From Candidatus Aldehydirespiratoraceae bacterium (lineage in GTDB: Bacteria; Actinomycetota; Acidimicrobiia; Acidimicrobiales; Aldehydirespiratoraceae), in the NCBI GenBank assembly GCA_965198315.1, contig OZ240616.1, forward strand, positions 3,383,671-3,447,670: 64,000 nucleotides of DNA. Reading direction: 5' to 3'. A program made the position numbers and the translations under genes. The notes beneath the pieces are model-generated. The model had not been told where the DNA came from, did not search any database, and worked only from the letters and a program-made list of their open reading frames with translations. Each line of letters starts with the position of its first letter. Position 1 is the stretch's first letter. This document shows positions 18,347-28,506 of the stretch, piece after piece.

Positions 18347-19540
18347 ATGAGTGAAACCGAACAAAGTCGACCAGTCGATGCAGAGAGTTCCGCCGACCAG
18401 GAATCCGAGGTGCCACCGGACCTTAGTGGCGCGCCGAAATTCCACACTGATCGCAGCCACTACGGACCCGCTTTGGAACAATGGATCACCAGGCGATACC
18501 CGAACCGTGCCGGTGCCACCGTCACCAACATCGACATCCCGGTATCCACCGGTTTTTCCAACGAGACGGTGTTCTTCGACGCCTCATGGTCCGAGGACCG
18601 AACCGAATGCTCCGACCGCTTCGTGGCCCGCATCGAACCCGCCGGAGGCGCGCTGTTCCCAGCCCAGAGCAGCCACTGCGGAGTCTCTGTTGAGGTGCAG
18701 TACCGGGCAATGAAGGCCGTCGGGCTTCACTGTGATGCTCCGGTGCCCGAACTGCTCGGCTACGAATCAGACCCAGCGGTCATCGGTCAACCCTTCTTCG
18801 TGATGGGATTCACCGAGGGCCGGGTGCCCGCTGATCAGCCCCGCTATTCCGAGGAGGGATTCCTGGTCGACGAGGCGACACCGGCCGAGCGCCGTCGCAT
18901 GGTCGCCACCGGTCTGGAGGCGATGGCGCAGATCCATTCAATCGACTGGCGCGAGGCCGGACTGGATTGGCTCGACACCAGCGGGACCGGACAACCCAGC
19001 ACACGAGTGCAGCTTGATCTCTACCGGGCGTCCACCACCCGTGAACTGGCCGGTCGGGAACATCCGGTACTTTCAGCAGCTCTTGATTGGTTGATCACCA
19101 ACGATCCCCAAGACGATCGTGTTGGTCTGTCGTGGGGTGACAGTCGGTTGGGAAATGTCTTGTGGCAGGACTACCGCCCGGCAGCGGTGCTCGATTGGGA
19201 GGCTTGTGCCTTGTCGCCCACTGAGGCTGACGTTGGTTGGTGGCTGATGTTTGATCGGATGTCGTTCGATGATGTGGGAGCTGCCCGCATGGAGGGGTTT
19301 CCGACCCGATCCGAGATGATCTCTCTCTACGAGCAGGCGTCTGGTCGTGAGGTTCAAGCCCCGCACTACTGGGAAGTCTTCGGAGCTATGCGCTTTTGTG
19401 CGATCTTCATCGGGCTCGGCGACCGCATGACCAACAGTGGTCTTCTTCCCCCCGAGATGAACCCCGCGGTACACAACATGGTCACTCAGGCTCTAGCTGA
19501 CCTACTTGGTATCGACAACCCGACGCCGTCAACTATCTAG
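18347..19540 (+). CDS. Phosphotransferase family protein (aminoglycoside phosphotransferase/kinase-like fold)
   Basis: LSWGDSRLGNVLW ... VLDWE is a catalytic-loop-like pattern. The start is corrected to ATG 18347 (MSETEQ...); the track start 18005 overlaps the divergent gene. Confidence 0.7.
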   Translation: MSETEQSRPVDAESSADQESEVPPDLSGAPKFHTDRSHYGPALEQWITRRYPNRAGATVTNIDIPVSTGFSNETVFFDASWSEDRTECSDRFVARIEPAGGALFPAQSSHCGVSVEVQYRAMKAVGLHCDAPVPELLGYESDPAVIGQPFFVMGFTEGRVPADQPRYSEEGFLVDEATPAERRRMVATGLEAMAQIHSIDWREAGLDWLDTSGTGQPSTRVQLDLYRASTTRELAGREHPVLSAALDWLITNDPQDDRVGLSWGDSRLGNVLWQDYRPAAVLDWEACALSPTEADVGWWLMFDRMSFDDVGAARMEGFPTRSEMISLYEQASGREVQAPHYWEVFGAMRFCAIFIGLGDRMTNSGLLPPEMNPAVHNMVTQALADLLGIDNPTPSTI

Positions 19541-19544
19541 CACG

Positions 19545-22500
19545 CTAGGCGACATCGCCTATGGCGCTGGCGGCCTTTTCGCTGACGACAGTGCTGGAAC
19601 CACCGGGTTTCATAGAGACGCCGTAGAGACAGTCGGCGATTTCCATCGTCCGTTTTTGATGGCTGACCAGAACCAATTGCGCGTCAGCTCTGAACTCGTC
19701 GACCAAATTCAAGAAGCGATGCAGGTTGACGTCGTCGAGAGCCACCTCCACTTCGTCTAGGACGTAGAACGGCGAAGGGCGGCTCATAAATACCGCAAAG
19801 AGGAATGCCAATGCCGTCAGAGTCCGTTCACCACCGGACAACAACGACAGCTTGCGAACGTTCTTCCCGCCCGGTTTTGCCGAGACATCAATTCCTGTAT
19901 TGAGCAGATCGTCAGGAGTGCTCAGTTGAATTGATCCACTCCCACCTGGGAAGAGAGTCTCGAACAGCTGCTCAAAATTGATAGCGACATCCGCGAAAGC
20001 GTTCGCGAAGATTGTCACAATATCGTCGTCGATTGAAGCGATGACCTTCGTCAGTTCACGTCGCGTGGCAGCGATGTCGGCGAGCTGAGCTTGCAGAAAC
20101 TCGTGGCGCTCCTGCAATGCCTGGCATTCCTCCAGGGCCAGCGGATTGATCGGACCCATGATCTCAAGCTCGTTCTGCAGTTGCTCTATTCGGCGTGCAG
20201 GGTCAACTCCCTCATCAAGCGGCGGGCAAGGGGCCGACACGGCGACATCCGGAGCCACCTTGTGTTCTGCGCGGAGGCTTTCAACAACAGTCTGGAGTTT
20301 GGTTCTGAGTTCGGCCCGCTCAATTGCCGCACTGGCTACCCGTTCCCGCAGATTCTCGAACTGTTGGTTCAGACCTACCCTCTCGCTGCGGAGATCAGTG
20401 AGCTGTTGCACTATCTGGCGGACAGTTTCGGACTGCTGCTCATGAGCCATGCGCGCCTTGCTCAGTCTGGATTCGATCGTCGCTGACCGTGAGTCAAGCA
20501 CCTCCGCCAGCTTGTCGAGCACAGTTGCGCGACGGTCCAGCAATTCTCGTTGTTGGCCCGCTGTGGATCTTTCCGAAACATCGCGTTCAAGTCTGGCTTC
20601 GATCTCCGCTATGCGGGTCCGTAACCCGTTTTCGCGTTCGTTGATCGCCGCGGCACGAACCTCAACATCGGTGCGCAACGCGGCGACCGCGTCTGCACGA
20701 TCTTGAATATCTGCTCTTGCGACTGAAATGCGGAGCGTCTCTTCTCGTTGCTCGGATTCGGCAGCTTCGAGCACCAAGCGGGAACTCTCGAGTTCGTCAT
20801 ATCTGCTCTGTTCGCTACCTAGGCGGGCGAGCAGCTCATCAAGACCGGTCCGAAGCGCATCGGATTCGGTGTTGAAATCACGGCGCTCAGCTTCAAGCTG
20901 CTGACATGCAGCAACTGCAGTCTCAAGTGTAGAACCGACCTCCGCGAGGCGCTCTGAGAGATCGGCCGCAGCATCGACGCGATCGGCAAGTTCCAAACGG
21001 GCTGCGGTGACCCGTTCCGACGCTTTTTGGCACTCGACTCCCGCCACAACGACCTGTTCGCTTGCTTCGGTGAGCGCGGCGGCGGTCGCAGTCGAACCGC
21101 TACCGCCAATACGCCAGCCGTCTGGTCCAATGAACTCGCCGGTGGAAGTAACGAAGCAACGCATGGGGTCTTGCAACGCCCGATCTACCGCGGTCTGCCA
21201 GTCGCCATCAACTATCTCAACATCACCGATCAGCACCTCCAGCAGCGCATCAACGCCTTTCTGAGTGCCTCGTACCCGGTCGCGAAGCAGGTTCTTGGAA
21301 CCCGCAGAGTCCAAAGACAACCAGCTACGCAACCTGGAACCTTCGCCAGCGGCTTTGTCAGAACCGTGCTTGGGCAGAATCCCCAGAGTCAATACTGCGC
21401 CAGAGGATCCGCTGGCGCGCAGCGCCTCAAAACTGGCACGAGCCGCACTGGGGTCCCTCACGACGATCGCATTCAACCCTGCGCCGACTGCAGCTTCGAA
21501 CGCAGTCTCGAATCCCTCGTCGATGGCCACCAAGTCGAGCAGCGTGCCCAGCACGCCTTCGACATCGGCCACTCGCTCGGCCCCTGCGAGCGAGCGAGCC
21601 TCGTGCAGCGCGAGCGTCAGCGCTTCGGCCCGAGCCAACCATCGTTGCTGGGTCGCGTCGGCTTCGGTGTGAGCAGCGATTGCTGTGTCGAGAGTTGCCT
21701 CGGCTGCCTGTTGGGCTGCCTGAGCTGCGTCTAGATCAGCAACCAACCCACGGTGTTCTGCTTGAATTCCTTCAAGTTCGAGCCGCTGGGAGCCCAAGCG
21801 TGAGCCGAGCGTCGAGTGCCGCTCTGCCAGTTCGTCCAAGCGCTCTTGTGACCGCTGTCGTTCTCTGGTTCCTGTTTCGACAGCAGCGCGAAGACCTGCA
21901 AGCTCACCGCGGGCCTCAGCAGCCTTGTTTGTGGGCGCTGATTCTACTTCGGCTGATTGTTCATCAAGAACCGTTCTATCGCTCACCAGTTGCTGCTCCT
22001 TCGCTTCCAGCGTTACTGCGTCACCTCTCAGCGTCGTGGCTTCGGTTTCGGCTTCGGCGAGGGCCAGACGCAGGCGTGTGGCCTCCGACTCAAGGTTGGC
22101 TATAACGCCCCGATCCGCGAATGCGGATCGGTCGCGGTCGATGCCGCGACGACGTTCGGTCACAAGTGCCGACAGTCCCCTGGCGCGTTCCCGCATGGAT
22201 TCGAGTCGCCGCAAGGTGTCGCCGAGGTCATCCTCTGAACGGTCTGAGAGTTGGCTCTCGCAACCCGAGACGGCTTCGTCGAGATCAGCTAGTCGAGCCT
22301 GCGCAGACTGTTGCAGAGCGTGGATCGGTTGTTCTTGGATGGCTTGCAACTGGTTGCGCAGCTCGGCGATCTGTCTGCCCGCCATGTGCAGTCGCTGAGC
22401 CGCCAGTTCTTCGACGAGGTCACCATGGAGGCGGGCAGCCTCAGCCTGCTTCTCAAGCGGGCGCAGCTGACGCCTGACTTCCCGAATGATGTCTTTCACC

Positions 22501-23069
22501 CTGGTGAGATCGCTGTCCGATGTTGCCAGGCGACGTTCAGCGCGTTCCTTGCGCTTGCGGTACTTCAAGACGCCTGCGGCTTCTTCGATGATCGCTCGCC
22601 GATCCTGGGGTCGAGATGTGAGGACCGCGTCGATCTGTCCCTGCGAGACGATCACATGTTGCTGCCGTCCAACTCCACCGTCGCTCAACAACTCTGCGAC
22701 GTCGATGAGACGACAGCCGACACCATTGATTGCGTACTCGGACTCTCCGCTGCGAAACAGCGTGCGACTGATCCTCACCTCGTTGAAGTCGATCGGCAGC
22801 GTGCCTGAGTGATTGTCGATCGTGAGGGAGACTTCGGCTCGACCCAAGGCGGGCTTCTCGCTGGTCCCGGCAAAAATCACGTCGTCCATCTTGGAGGACC
22901 GCAGCGCATTCGGAGCCTGTGATCCGAGCACCCAGGCAATGGCGTCCACAACATTCGACTTTCCGCTGCCGTTGGGACCGACAATAACAGTGACGCCCGG
23001 CTCAAGATCAATCGAAGTCGTATCTGCGAACGACTTGAATCCCTTCAATGTGAGGTTCTTCAGATACAT
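19545..23069 (-). CDS. smc: Chromosome segregation protein SMC
   Basis: MYLKNLTLKGFKSF..., Walker A GPNGSGKSN, a long coiled coil, and a C-terminal LSGGERTLTALAFLFA signature. ATG 23069 is the likely start (the track TTG 23078 is 3 codons earlier). Confidence 0.95.
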   Translation of the reverse strand: MYLKNLTLKGFKSFADTTSIDLEPGVTVIVGPNGSGKSNVVDAIAWVLGSQAPNALRSSKMDDVIFAGTSEKPALGRAEVSLTIDNHSGTLPIDFNEVRISRTLFRSGESEYAINGVGCRLIDVAELLSDGGVGRQQHVIVSQGQIDAVLTSRPQDRRAIIEEAAGVLKYRKRKERAERRLATSDSDLTRVKDIIREVRRQLRPLEKQAEAARLHGDLVEELAAQRLHMAGRQIAELRNQLQAIQEQPIHALQQSAQARLADLDEAVSGCESQLSDRSEDDLGDTLRRLESMRERARGLSALVTERRRGIDRDRSAFADRGVIANLESEATRLRLALAEAETEATTLRGDAVTLEAKEQQLVSDRTVLDEQSAEVESAPTNKAAEARGELAGLRAAVETGTRERQRSQERLDELAERHSTLGSRLGSQRLELEGIQAEHRGLVADLDAAQAAQQAAEATLDTAIAAHTEADATQQRWLARAEALTLALHEARSLAGAERVADVEGVLGTLLDLVAIDEGFETAFEAAVGAGLNAIVVRDPSAARASFEALRASGSSGAVLTLGILPKHGSDKAAGEGSRLRSWLSLDSAGSKNLLRDRVRGTQKGVDALLEVLIGDVEIVDGDWQTAVDRALQDPMRCFVTSTGEFIGPDGWRIGGSGSTATAAALTEASEQVVVAGVECQKASERVTAARLELADRVDAAADLSERLAEVGSTLETAVAACQQLEAERRDFNTESDALRTGLDELLARLGSEQSRYDELESSRLVLEAAESEQREETLRISVARADIQDRADAVAALRTDVEVRAAAINERENGLRTRIAEIEARLERDVSERSTAGQQRELLDRRATVLDKLAEVLDSRSATIESRLSKARMAHEQQSETVRQIVQQLTDLRSERVGLNQQFENLRERVASAAIERAELRTKLQTVVESLRAEHKVAPDVAVSAPCPPLDEGVDPARRIEQLQNELEIMGPINPLALEECQALQERHEFLQAQLADIAATRRELTKVIASIDDDIVTIFANAFADVAINFEQLFETLFPGGSGSIQLSTPDDLLNTGIDVSAKPGGKNVRKLSLLSGGERTLTALAFLFAVFMSRPSPFYVLDEVEVALDDVNLHRFLNLVDEFRADAQLVLVSHQKRTMEIADCLYGVSMKPGGSSTVVSEKAASAIGDVA

Positions 23070-23109
23070 CCCACTCAAATCTATCAGCCCAAATTACATT
23101 GCTGAGACT

Positions 23110-23943
23110 TCACACCTGTGTTTGACAGAAATAGGTCCAGGTGCCACGGAACTTGACCCGCTGTATCGGCAGACGGGACCTGGCACTGAGTTCACCATGG
23201 CGCCCCCAGACCATCAGGTGGCTGCCGTACTCACCGGGGTTGCCCACAGGATCAATGAACTCCCGTTCGGGGATCGATGTGCCGCGATGCTTGATGGCGT
23301 CGTGCAGGGTTCCAACCAGCGCACGATGAAGCCGCCTGATCTCCTGGCTTGTCAAGGAGTCGCTCATCCGATTGTGGCGAAGCCCCGCGTGGAACAAGAT
23401 CTCATCGGCATAGATATCGCCGATCCCGACGACAAACGACGGATCAGTGAGCAGAGTCTTCAACCTGACCCGGCGCTGGAGCAGACTCCGGCCGAACGTC
23501 GTCCAAGTGACCGGCTCAGAGACCGGGTCAAGCCCGAGATTTTTAAGGTCAGGGAGTTCATCGTCGATTGAGTCGTTATCGACGACGAACATCTCAGAAG
23601 TGCCCCTTGCGTCGAGCAGACGCAACTGACCATGCTGCGTGAACGTGATGACCACTTCGGTGTCTGGATCCACCGCTTGCCTGTTGGCTGTACGACGCAA
23701 CGATCCGCTTGAACCCAAGTCCACAACCAAGTTGGACTCATTGTCGAGCCCGATTGTGATGTGCAACCCGAGGCGCTGAACTGCGGTGATCTTGTGCCCA
23801 ACCAGACGAGAGACGAACGAATTGCGGGTTCGATATCGCCTCAGCACCTTCATGCTCATCGCCTCAGCGCTCTTTATTTTCTTCCCAACGATGTCTCGCT
23901 CGAGATCACGGCGCACCGTTTCCACTTCAGGTAACTCAAACAT
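23110..23943 (-). CDS. mutM: Formamidopyrimidine-DNA glycosylase (Fpg/MutM) family protein, atypical (no Pro2, degenerate zinc finger)
   Basis: MFELPEVETVRRDLE..., an H2TH block LTDPSFVVGIGDIYADEILFHAGL, and the positional ortholog context (rnc-mutM-smc). The start ATG 23943 overlaps the rnc stop (ATGTTTGA). The track's 310-aa version over-extends into rnc. Confidence 0.8.
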   Translation of the reverse strand: MFELPEVETVRRDLERDIVGKKIKSAEAMSMKVLRRYRTRNSFVSRLVGHKITAVQRLGLHITIGLDNESNLVVDLGSSGSLRRTANRQAVDPDTEVVITFTQHGQLRLLDARGTSEMFVVDNDSIDDELPDLKNLGLDPVSEPVTWTTFGRSLLQRRVRLKTLLTDPSFVVGIGDIYADEILFHAGLRHNRMSDSLTSQEIRRLHRALVGTLHDAIKHRGTSIPEREFIDPVGNPGEYGSHLMVWGRHGELSARSRLPIQRVKFRGTWTYFCQTQV

Positions 23944-24622
23944 CGAGTGCTCCATCCTCACCGGAGCGGGCTTCCCATGCGACACGGGCAGCTCGCCGTT
24001 GAGCTTGCTTGATTGTGGTGCCTTCCCCAGTCCCGAAGACATCGCCTCCGATCCTCACCGCTGCTCGAAACAGCCTGTTGTGGTGAGGGCCCGTCTGCGT
24101 AACGTCGTACTCCGGTGAAGCCAGCCCGTCGCGGACGGTGGATTCTTGCAACAGCGTCTTGTAGTCGCGCGCACCAGGTTGACTAGCCGCCTCGTCGATA
24201 CGGTCACCAAGCTGGGCTAGGACGAACTCGCGGGCTGACTCAAGCCCACCATCAACGTAGACCGCACCAATAATTGCTTCGAGCGCATCGGAGACGATAG
24301 ACGCCTTGGTGCGTCCACCAGAACCCTCTTCTCCCTTCCCGAGGCGAAGGTGTCCGCCGAGTTCAATGTCCACCGCCAGATCGGTAAGTGTGGCGGCGTT
24401 CACGACAGCGGCTCGTGTTTTTGCCATCTGCCCCTCGGGCAGGTCGGGAAATCGTTGGTAAAGGAAATCTGCGACAACCAGGCCAAGGACTGCGTCACCG
24501 AGGAACTCGAGTCGTTCGTTGCTGGGTCCGCCATCATGTTCGGCGCACCAAGAACGGTGCGTGACCGCCAACTCGAGTTGACCGGGTTCGTCGAAACGAT
24601 ACCCGAGTCGGTTCTCGAGCAC
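23936..24622 (-). CDS. rnc: Ribonuclease III
   Basis: NERLEFLGDAVLGLVVADFLY signature plus a C-terminal dsRBD. Confidence 0.95.
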   Translation of the reverse strand: MLENRLGYRFDEPGQLELAVTHRSWCAEHDGGPSNERLEFLGDAVLGLVVADFLYQRFPDLPEGQMAKTRAAVVNAATLTDLAVDIELGGHLRLGKGEEGSGGRTKASIVSDALEAIIGAVYVDGGLESAREFVLAQLGDRIDEAASQPGARDYKTLLQESTVRDGLASPEYDVTQTGPHHNRLFRAAVRIGGDVFGTGEGTTIKQAQRRAARVAWEARSGEDGALDV

Positions 24623-24648
24623 AGATAGCGGACGCAGTGCTCAGCGCC

Positions 24649-24945
24649 TCAACCCAGCTTTGCGGCGACGTAATCGACGGCGTCGCGAACGGTTCGTAGA
24701 TCCTCAAGATCTTCATCCTCGATTCGAAAACCCGCTGAACGTTCAGCTAGTTCCTCTTCGAGAGCTTCAACAAGTTCAATAAGAGCTAGCGAGTCAGCGT
24801 CGAGATCATCAGCGAATGCATCGCCTTCGTTGATCGACAGCGGCTCAATCTCAAGAATGTCGGCAAGCTGGTCCCTGACGAGAGCGAGGATCTCCTCACG
24901 ACTCATGGGAGCCTGTTCCACATGCGTTTCTGCGGGCAACTGCAC
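24649..24945 (-). CDS. acpP: Acyl carrier protein
   Basis: The DLDADSLALIELVEALEEE (DSL) phosphopantetheine-attachment motif. The start is either GTG 24945 or ATG 24906. Confidence 0.9.
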   Translation of the reverse strand: MQLPAETHVEQAPMSREEILALVRDQLADILEIEPLSINEGDAFADDLDADSLALIELVEALEEELAERSAGFRIEDEDLEDLRTVRDAVDYVAAKLG

Positions 24946-25039
24946 CCCTCCTAGTCACCAGAACGGTCCGATGCTATCGGAAGTCATGGGCCACTCCTCT
25001 ATCTAGGATTGAGATAACATTGAATACATTAAAATTTTG

Positions 25040-26029
25040 TTAATGCTGGCGGACCGCTGCGGACAAATGATCGACCATTCCGACATCAACCATCTCCGCG
25101 GCGATACGGATGGCATTGGCCATGGCATCAGCCGAACTGGAGCCGTGCGAAATGACACACACCCCCTTCACGCCCAACAACAGCGCCCCACCAGTGGAGT
25201 CGGGATGCAACTCAGCGAGCATCGAATCGAGCGGAGCAGACAAAATCTCACCAGCTCGTCGGGTCGTATCGTCAGTATCGATCGCGGTAAGCAGTCGGCT
25301 GAGAAGCGCCGACATAGCGCCCTCCAGTGTCTTTAGAGTCACGTTGCCGGTGAACCCGTCGGTGACGACCACGTCAACTTCGTCGGTCATAACGTCGCGA
25401 CCTTCAACGTTGCCGATCCATTCGGCACCGCTCGACTTCGCCCAGTTGTTTTCGTTGAGTAGTTCGAAACACTCCTTCACAAACTTGTTGCCCTTGCCCG
25501 CTTCTTCACCGATCGACAGCAACCCGACTCTGGGACGTTCAATTCTGAAACGATCACGGGCGTAAACGCAGCCCATCTGGGCGAACTCAACGAGCCATTC
25601 GGGGCGACACTCCGCATTTGCCCCCGCATCAAGCAAAGTCGTGGGAGTGCTCTGGGGCACCGGTACAGGTATGGCGATCGCCGGCCGATTGATCCCCCTT
25701 ATACGCCCCATGCGCAGCAACGCAGATGCCATGGTGGCGCCCGTGTTTCCGGCGGACACCATCGCTGAAGCACGTCCATCACGAACCGCCGTAGCAGCAC
25801 GCACCAACGACGAGTCTCTCATACGACGAACGCTTGAACCCGGTTCAGCATCCATAGCGATCACTTCGCTGGCTTCAATTACTTCCAAGCCTCCGGTATC
25901 GGTGAGGTCCGCTGATCTTCCAACCAATACAACCGGGATGCCCATTTCGGATGCGGCGCGTCGAGCACCGGCAACGATTTCTGTTGGGGCGTTGTCACCA
26001 CCCATGGCGTCAACCGCAATGGGCAGCAT
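25040..26029 (-). CDS. plsX: Phosphate acyltransferase PlsX
   Basis: MLPIAVDAMGGDNAP... is a typical PlsX N-terminus; 329 aa. Confidence 0.92.
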   Translation of the reverse strand: MLPIAVDAMGGDNAPTEIVAGARRAASEMGIPVVLVGRSADLTDTGGLEVIEASEVIAMDAEPGSSVRRMRDSSLVRAATAVRDGRASAMVSAGNTGATMASALLRMGRIRGINRPAIAIPVPVPQSTPTTLLDAGANAECRPEWLVEFAQMGCVYARDRFRIERPRVGLLSIGEEAGKGNKFVKECFELLNENNWAKSSGAEWIGNVEGRDVMTDEVDVVVTDGFTGNVTLKTLEGAMSALLSRLLTAIDTDDTTRRAGEILSAPLDSMLAELHPDSTGGALLLGVKGVCVISHGSSSADAMANAIRIAAEMVDVGMVDHLSAAVRQH

Positions 26030-26032
26030 TGA

Positions 26033-26212
26033 TCAGCTGACGTCGATGGCTTGGCGGCCGCCGTACCACCCACAATTGCCGCAAGCCCGGTGCGGGCGTT
26101 TGGTGGCGTCACAACGCGGACAAGCGCTGCGAGCCGACGCTCGAACGCGCCAAGCCGAAGCACGCCTGCTCCGACTCTTCGATTTCGACGTTTTTTTCTT
26201 CGGGACGGCCAT
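26033..26212 (-). CDS. rpmF: 50S ribosomal protein L32
   Basis: MAVPKKKTSKSKSRSRRA...CPRC...CGNCG. The start is corrected to ATG 26212 (the track ORF extends to 26308). Confidence 0.92.
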   Translation of the reverse strand: MAVPKKKTSKSKSRSRRASAWRVRASARSACPRCDATKRPHRACGNCGWYGGRQAIDVS

Positions 26213-26325
26213 CGCGAACCTGTTTCTTGGGAATCTCTCAGGCCGAAGTTGACCGACCCGAGCAACAAAGGTTATCGACACCCCGCGACGACACCACCGC
26301 GAACACATCGATTAAGGCATCGATA

Positions 26326-26892
26326 TCACCCGTCGAAAGTCAACTCGTCGAGGATCGACCAACGGGGATCAATTCTTGAGTCATCGTCTTCGGGTTCCCC
26401 GGTTGGGAATCGGTCCGGCGCCGGACCCTCGCATTCGGTACGACAAAGGGGAGCGAGCGGGAGGCAGATTAAAGCAACCTCACGCAGCATGGGTCCGAGA
26501 TCAATGCCTTCTTCTTGGATCGCCCATGTCTCTGGTTCGGTTGGGTGAACCTCAAACAGTTCCTGAATCTCAGCTAGGAGATCCCCTTGCATCGGCTCTA
26601 GACAGCGTCGACAGGGCACAGACCAGCGTCCACTGGCGGTACCGGTAACCAAGACTCCCTCGGTGTCAGTCCGTTGAGAATCGTGATCGGACACTCTGGC
26701 CGCGTCGGGGTCAGCACCAGTGCGCTCCAAAACGAGATCTAGCACCAGACGACCATCGACGACCGTTGAGCGCATTCCATGCTCAGACAACTCCATATCG
26801 GCGAGCTCTGCTTCTGTTCGCAGAACAAAGCGTGATTCGGCTTGACTGAAAAGCCCAGCCGTTTCCACCACAAATTGAGCGCCGTGCTTCAC
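26326..26892 (-). CDS. YceD/DUF177 family protein (large-subunit ribosome accumulation protein-like)
   Basis: 188 aa, acidic, with a CRRCLEPM...CxxxC pattern, immediately upstream of rpmF as is usual. Confidence 0.75.
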   Translation of the reverse strand: MKHGAQFVVETAGLFSQAESRFVLRTEAELADMELSEHGMRSTVVDGRLVLDLVLERTGADPDAARVSDHDSQRTDTEGVLVTGTASGRWSVPCRRCLEPMQGDLLAEIQELFEVHPTEPETWAIQEEGIDLGPMLREVALICLPLAPLCRTECEGPAPDRFPTGEPEDDDSRIDPRWSILDELTFDG

Positions 26893-27464
26893 TCGCGATC
26901 CTGGTCGAAAAACTCGTCCCTTTCCGGAGTTGGAAGTGCGGGAACCGACTCATTGGATTGCGTGGCGCCTTGCATACGCGACCTGCCAAATGCAACTGAG
27001 CGAGAAATACGTTCAAGCACAACCTCCAGACGACCGAGTTCTTGGTCGCACCAATCCTCAGTATTCAAACGAAGATCCCTGGCTTCTTGTTCCGCGTCCG
27101 AGACGACTCGTCGAGCGTGATCGTTTGCCTCTTTCACCAGTTCAGTTCGCTGCACCATGCGCTGGGCGGTATCGCGCGCCCTTGCAATCAACAGATCGCC
27201 TTCTCCTTGAACACGAGCCAAAAAATCATCGCGTTCCTTGAGTAGCCAGCGAGCAGCCCGAAATTCGTCGGGAAGGCGCTGCACTGCAGCGTTCAACAAT
27301 TCCAATACCTCGTTCTTGTTGATTATCGAAGACGCCGACATCGGCATCGGGCGAGCTCTCTCGATCAGATCAATCACCGCGTTCAGAATTTCTTCAGCCT
27401 CTAAAGGACGGTACGCTAAAGGCGCGGTCTCAGCGGGCGAGTCTCCGGTATTTTGATCGGTCAT
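26889..27464 (-). CDS. Conserved coiled-coil protein of unknown function
   Basis: 191-aa ORF in an operon between coaD and yceD, rich in heptad-like charged helices. I am not confident of any family assignment. Confidence 0.6.
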   Translation of the reverse strand: MTDQNTGDSPAETAPLAYRPLEAEEILNAVIDLIERARPMPMSASSIINKNEVLELLNAAVQRLPDEFRAARWLLKERDDFLARVQGEGDLLIARARDTAQRMVQRTELVKEANDHARRVVSDAEQEARDLRLNTEDWCDQELGRLEVVLERISRSVAFGRSRMQGATQSNESVPALPTPERDEFFDQDRE

Positions 27465-27934
27465 ACGTATCGCTCTCTTAATCGACGAGCCACGCTTGTT
27501 GGAACCATTTTAGATATATCACCGCCGAACCTGGTGAAGTCACGGATGAACTTCGATGCCAAGAACGAACTGCTCGACGCCGATGGGATGAACAGGGTGT
27601 GGATACCCGACGCGGCGTTGTTCATCTGAGCCATCTGCAACTCGTTTTCGAAATCGGAGACGGCCCGCAGACCTTTCAGAATGAAGTCGGCTTCTATCTC
27701 CGAAGCAAGGTCGACAACTAGCCCCGCGAACATCCGCACCGTGACGTTGGGCAGATGTTCGGTGGCCTCGCGAAGCATGGCCTCACGGTCGTTGAGATCG
27801 AAGACGCCGTCCTTGGTGGTGTTGACCATGGTCGCGACCACAACTTCGTCGAACAACTTCGCCGCAGTCTCGATGATCTCAATGTGCCCGTTGTGGACGG
27901 GATCAAACGAACCGGGGTAGAGGACGCGGGTCAC
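27461..27934 (-). CDS. coaD: Phosphopantetheine adenylyltransferase
   Basis: VLYPGSFDPVHNGHIEII (PGSFDP..GH motif). GTG 27934 overlaps the rsmD stop (GTGA). The track ORF over-extends to 28018. Confidence 0.92.
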   Translation of the reverse strand: MTRVLYPGSFDPVHNGHIEIIETAAKLFDEVVVATMVNTTKDGVFDLNDREAMLREATEHLPNVTVRMFAGLVVDLASEIEADFILKGLRAVSDFENELQMAQMNNAASGIHTLFIPSASSSSFLASKFIRDFTRFGGDISKMVPTSVARRLRERYV

Positions 27935-28470
27935 GAGGTTTGGTTCTCCGTAGCAGCGGGGGCAAAGGCGAGCGTCACCACGGTACCTCCGTAACGGCGC
28001 ACCCGATGAGTATCCCACGATTTGGGGAGTTCGACCTCCCGGTCGGATTCGATGGCGACTACTGAATCTCTGACCTCAGCGAGCAGTGCTGGCCAGCAGT
28101 CGAACGAATACGGGGGGTCCAACAACAAAAGGTCGTACGGCTCGGCGCGGGCGAGGAACGCCGTTGCGTCGGCAGGCAACACAGTCGCCTGATGCTGCAA
28201 TCCCAAAGACACAAGGTTCTCACGAAGGACCGCTAATGCCCGCCGGTCATTCTCGACGAAAATAACTCGAGCCGCTCCACGCGACAACGCTTCGATCCCG
28301 AGCGCACCTGATCCCGCGAACAGGTCGAGCACAACCGCGTCGGTGATGGCACCTAGGGAATACAAAGAGTTGAACATTGCTTCGCGTACTCGGTCTGGGG
28401 TGGGGCGAAGGTTCTCGGAGTCCCCGGCGTTGATTCGCCGCCCTCCTAACGACCCGGCTACGACACGCAT
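27931..28470 (-). CDS. rsmD: 16S rRNA (guanine966-N2)-methyltransferase RsmD
   Basis: RPTPDRVREAMFNSL and DLFAGSGALGIEALSRGA motifs. Confidence 0.9.
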   Translation of the reverse strand: MRVVAGSLGGRRINAGDSENLRPTPDRVREAMFNSLYSLGAITDAVVLDLFAGSGALGIEALSRGAARVIFVENDRRALAVLRENLVSLGLQHQATVLPADATAFLARAEPYDLLLLDPPYSFDCWPALLAEVRDSVVAIESDREVELPKSWDTHRVRRYGGTVVTLAFAPAATENQTS

Positions 28471-28506
28471 GTGTACCAGTGTGGCCCGTCAAGATACGGT
28501 CACCTC

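Noticed and set aside
15668-18447. Plus-strand ORFs 15668-16387 and 16460-17128, and the 5' extension of 18005-19540
   Set aside because: They are antisense to the FAD/GcvT oxidoreductase gene. The phosphotransferase gene begins at ATG 18347, after the divergent promoter region.
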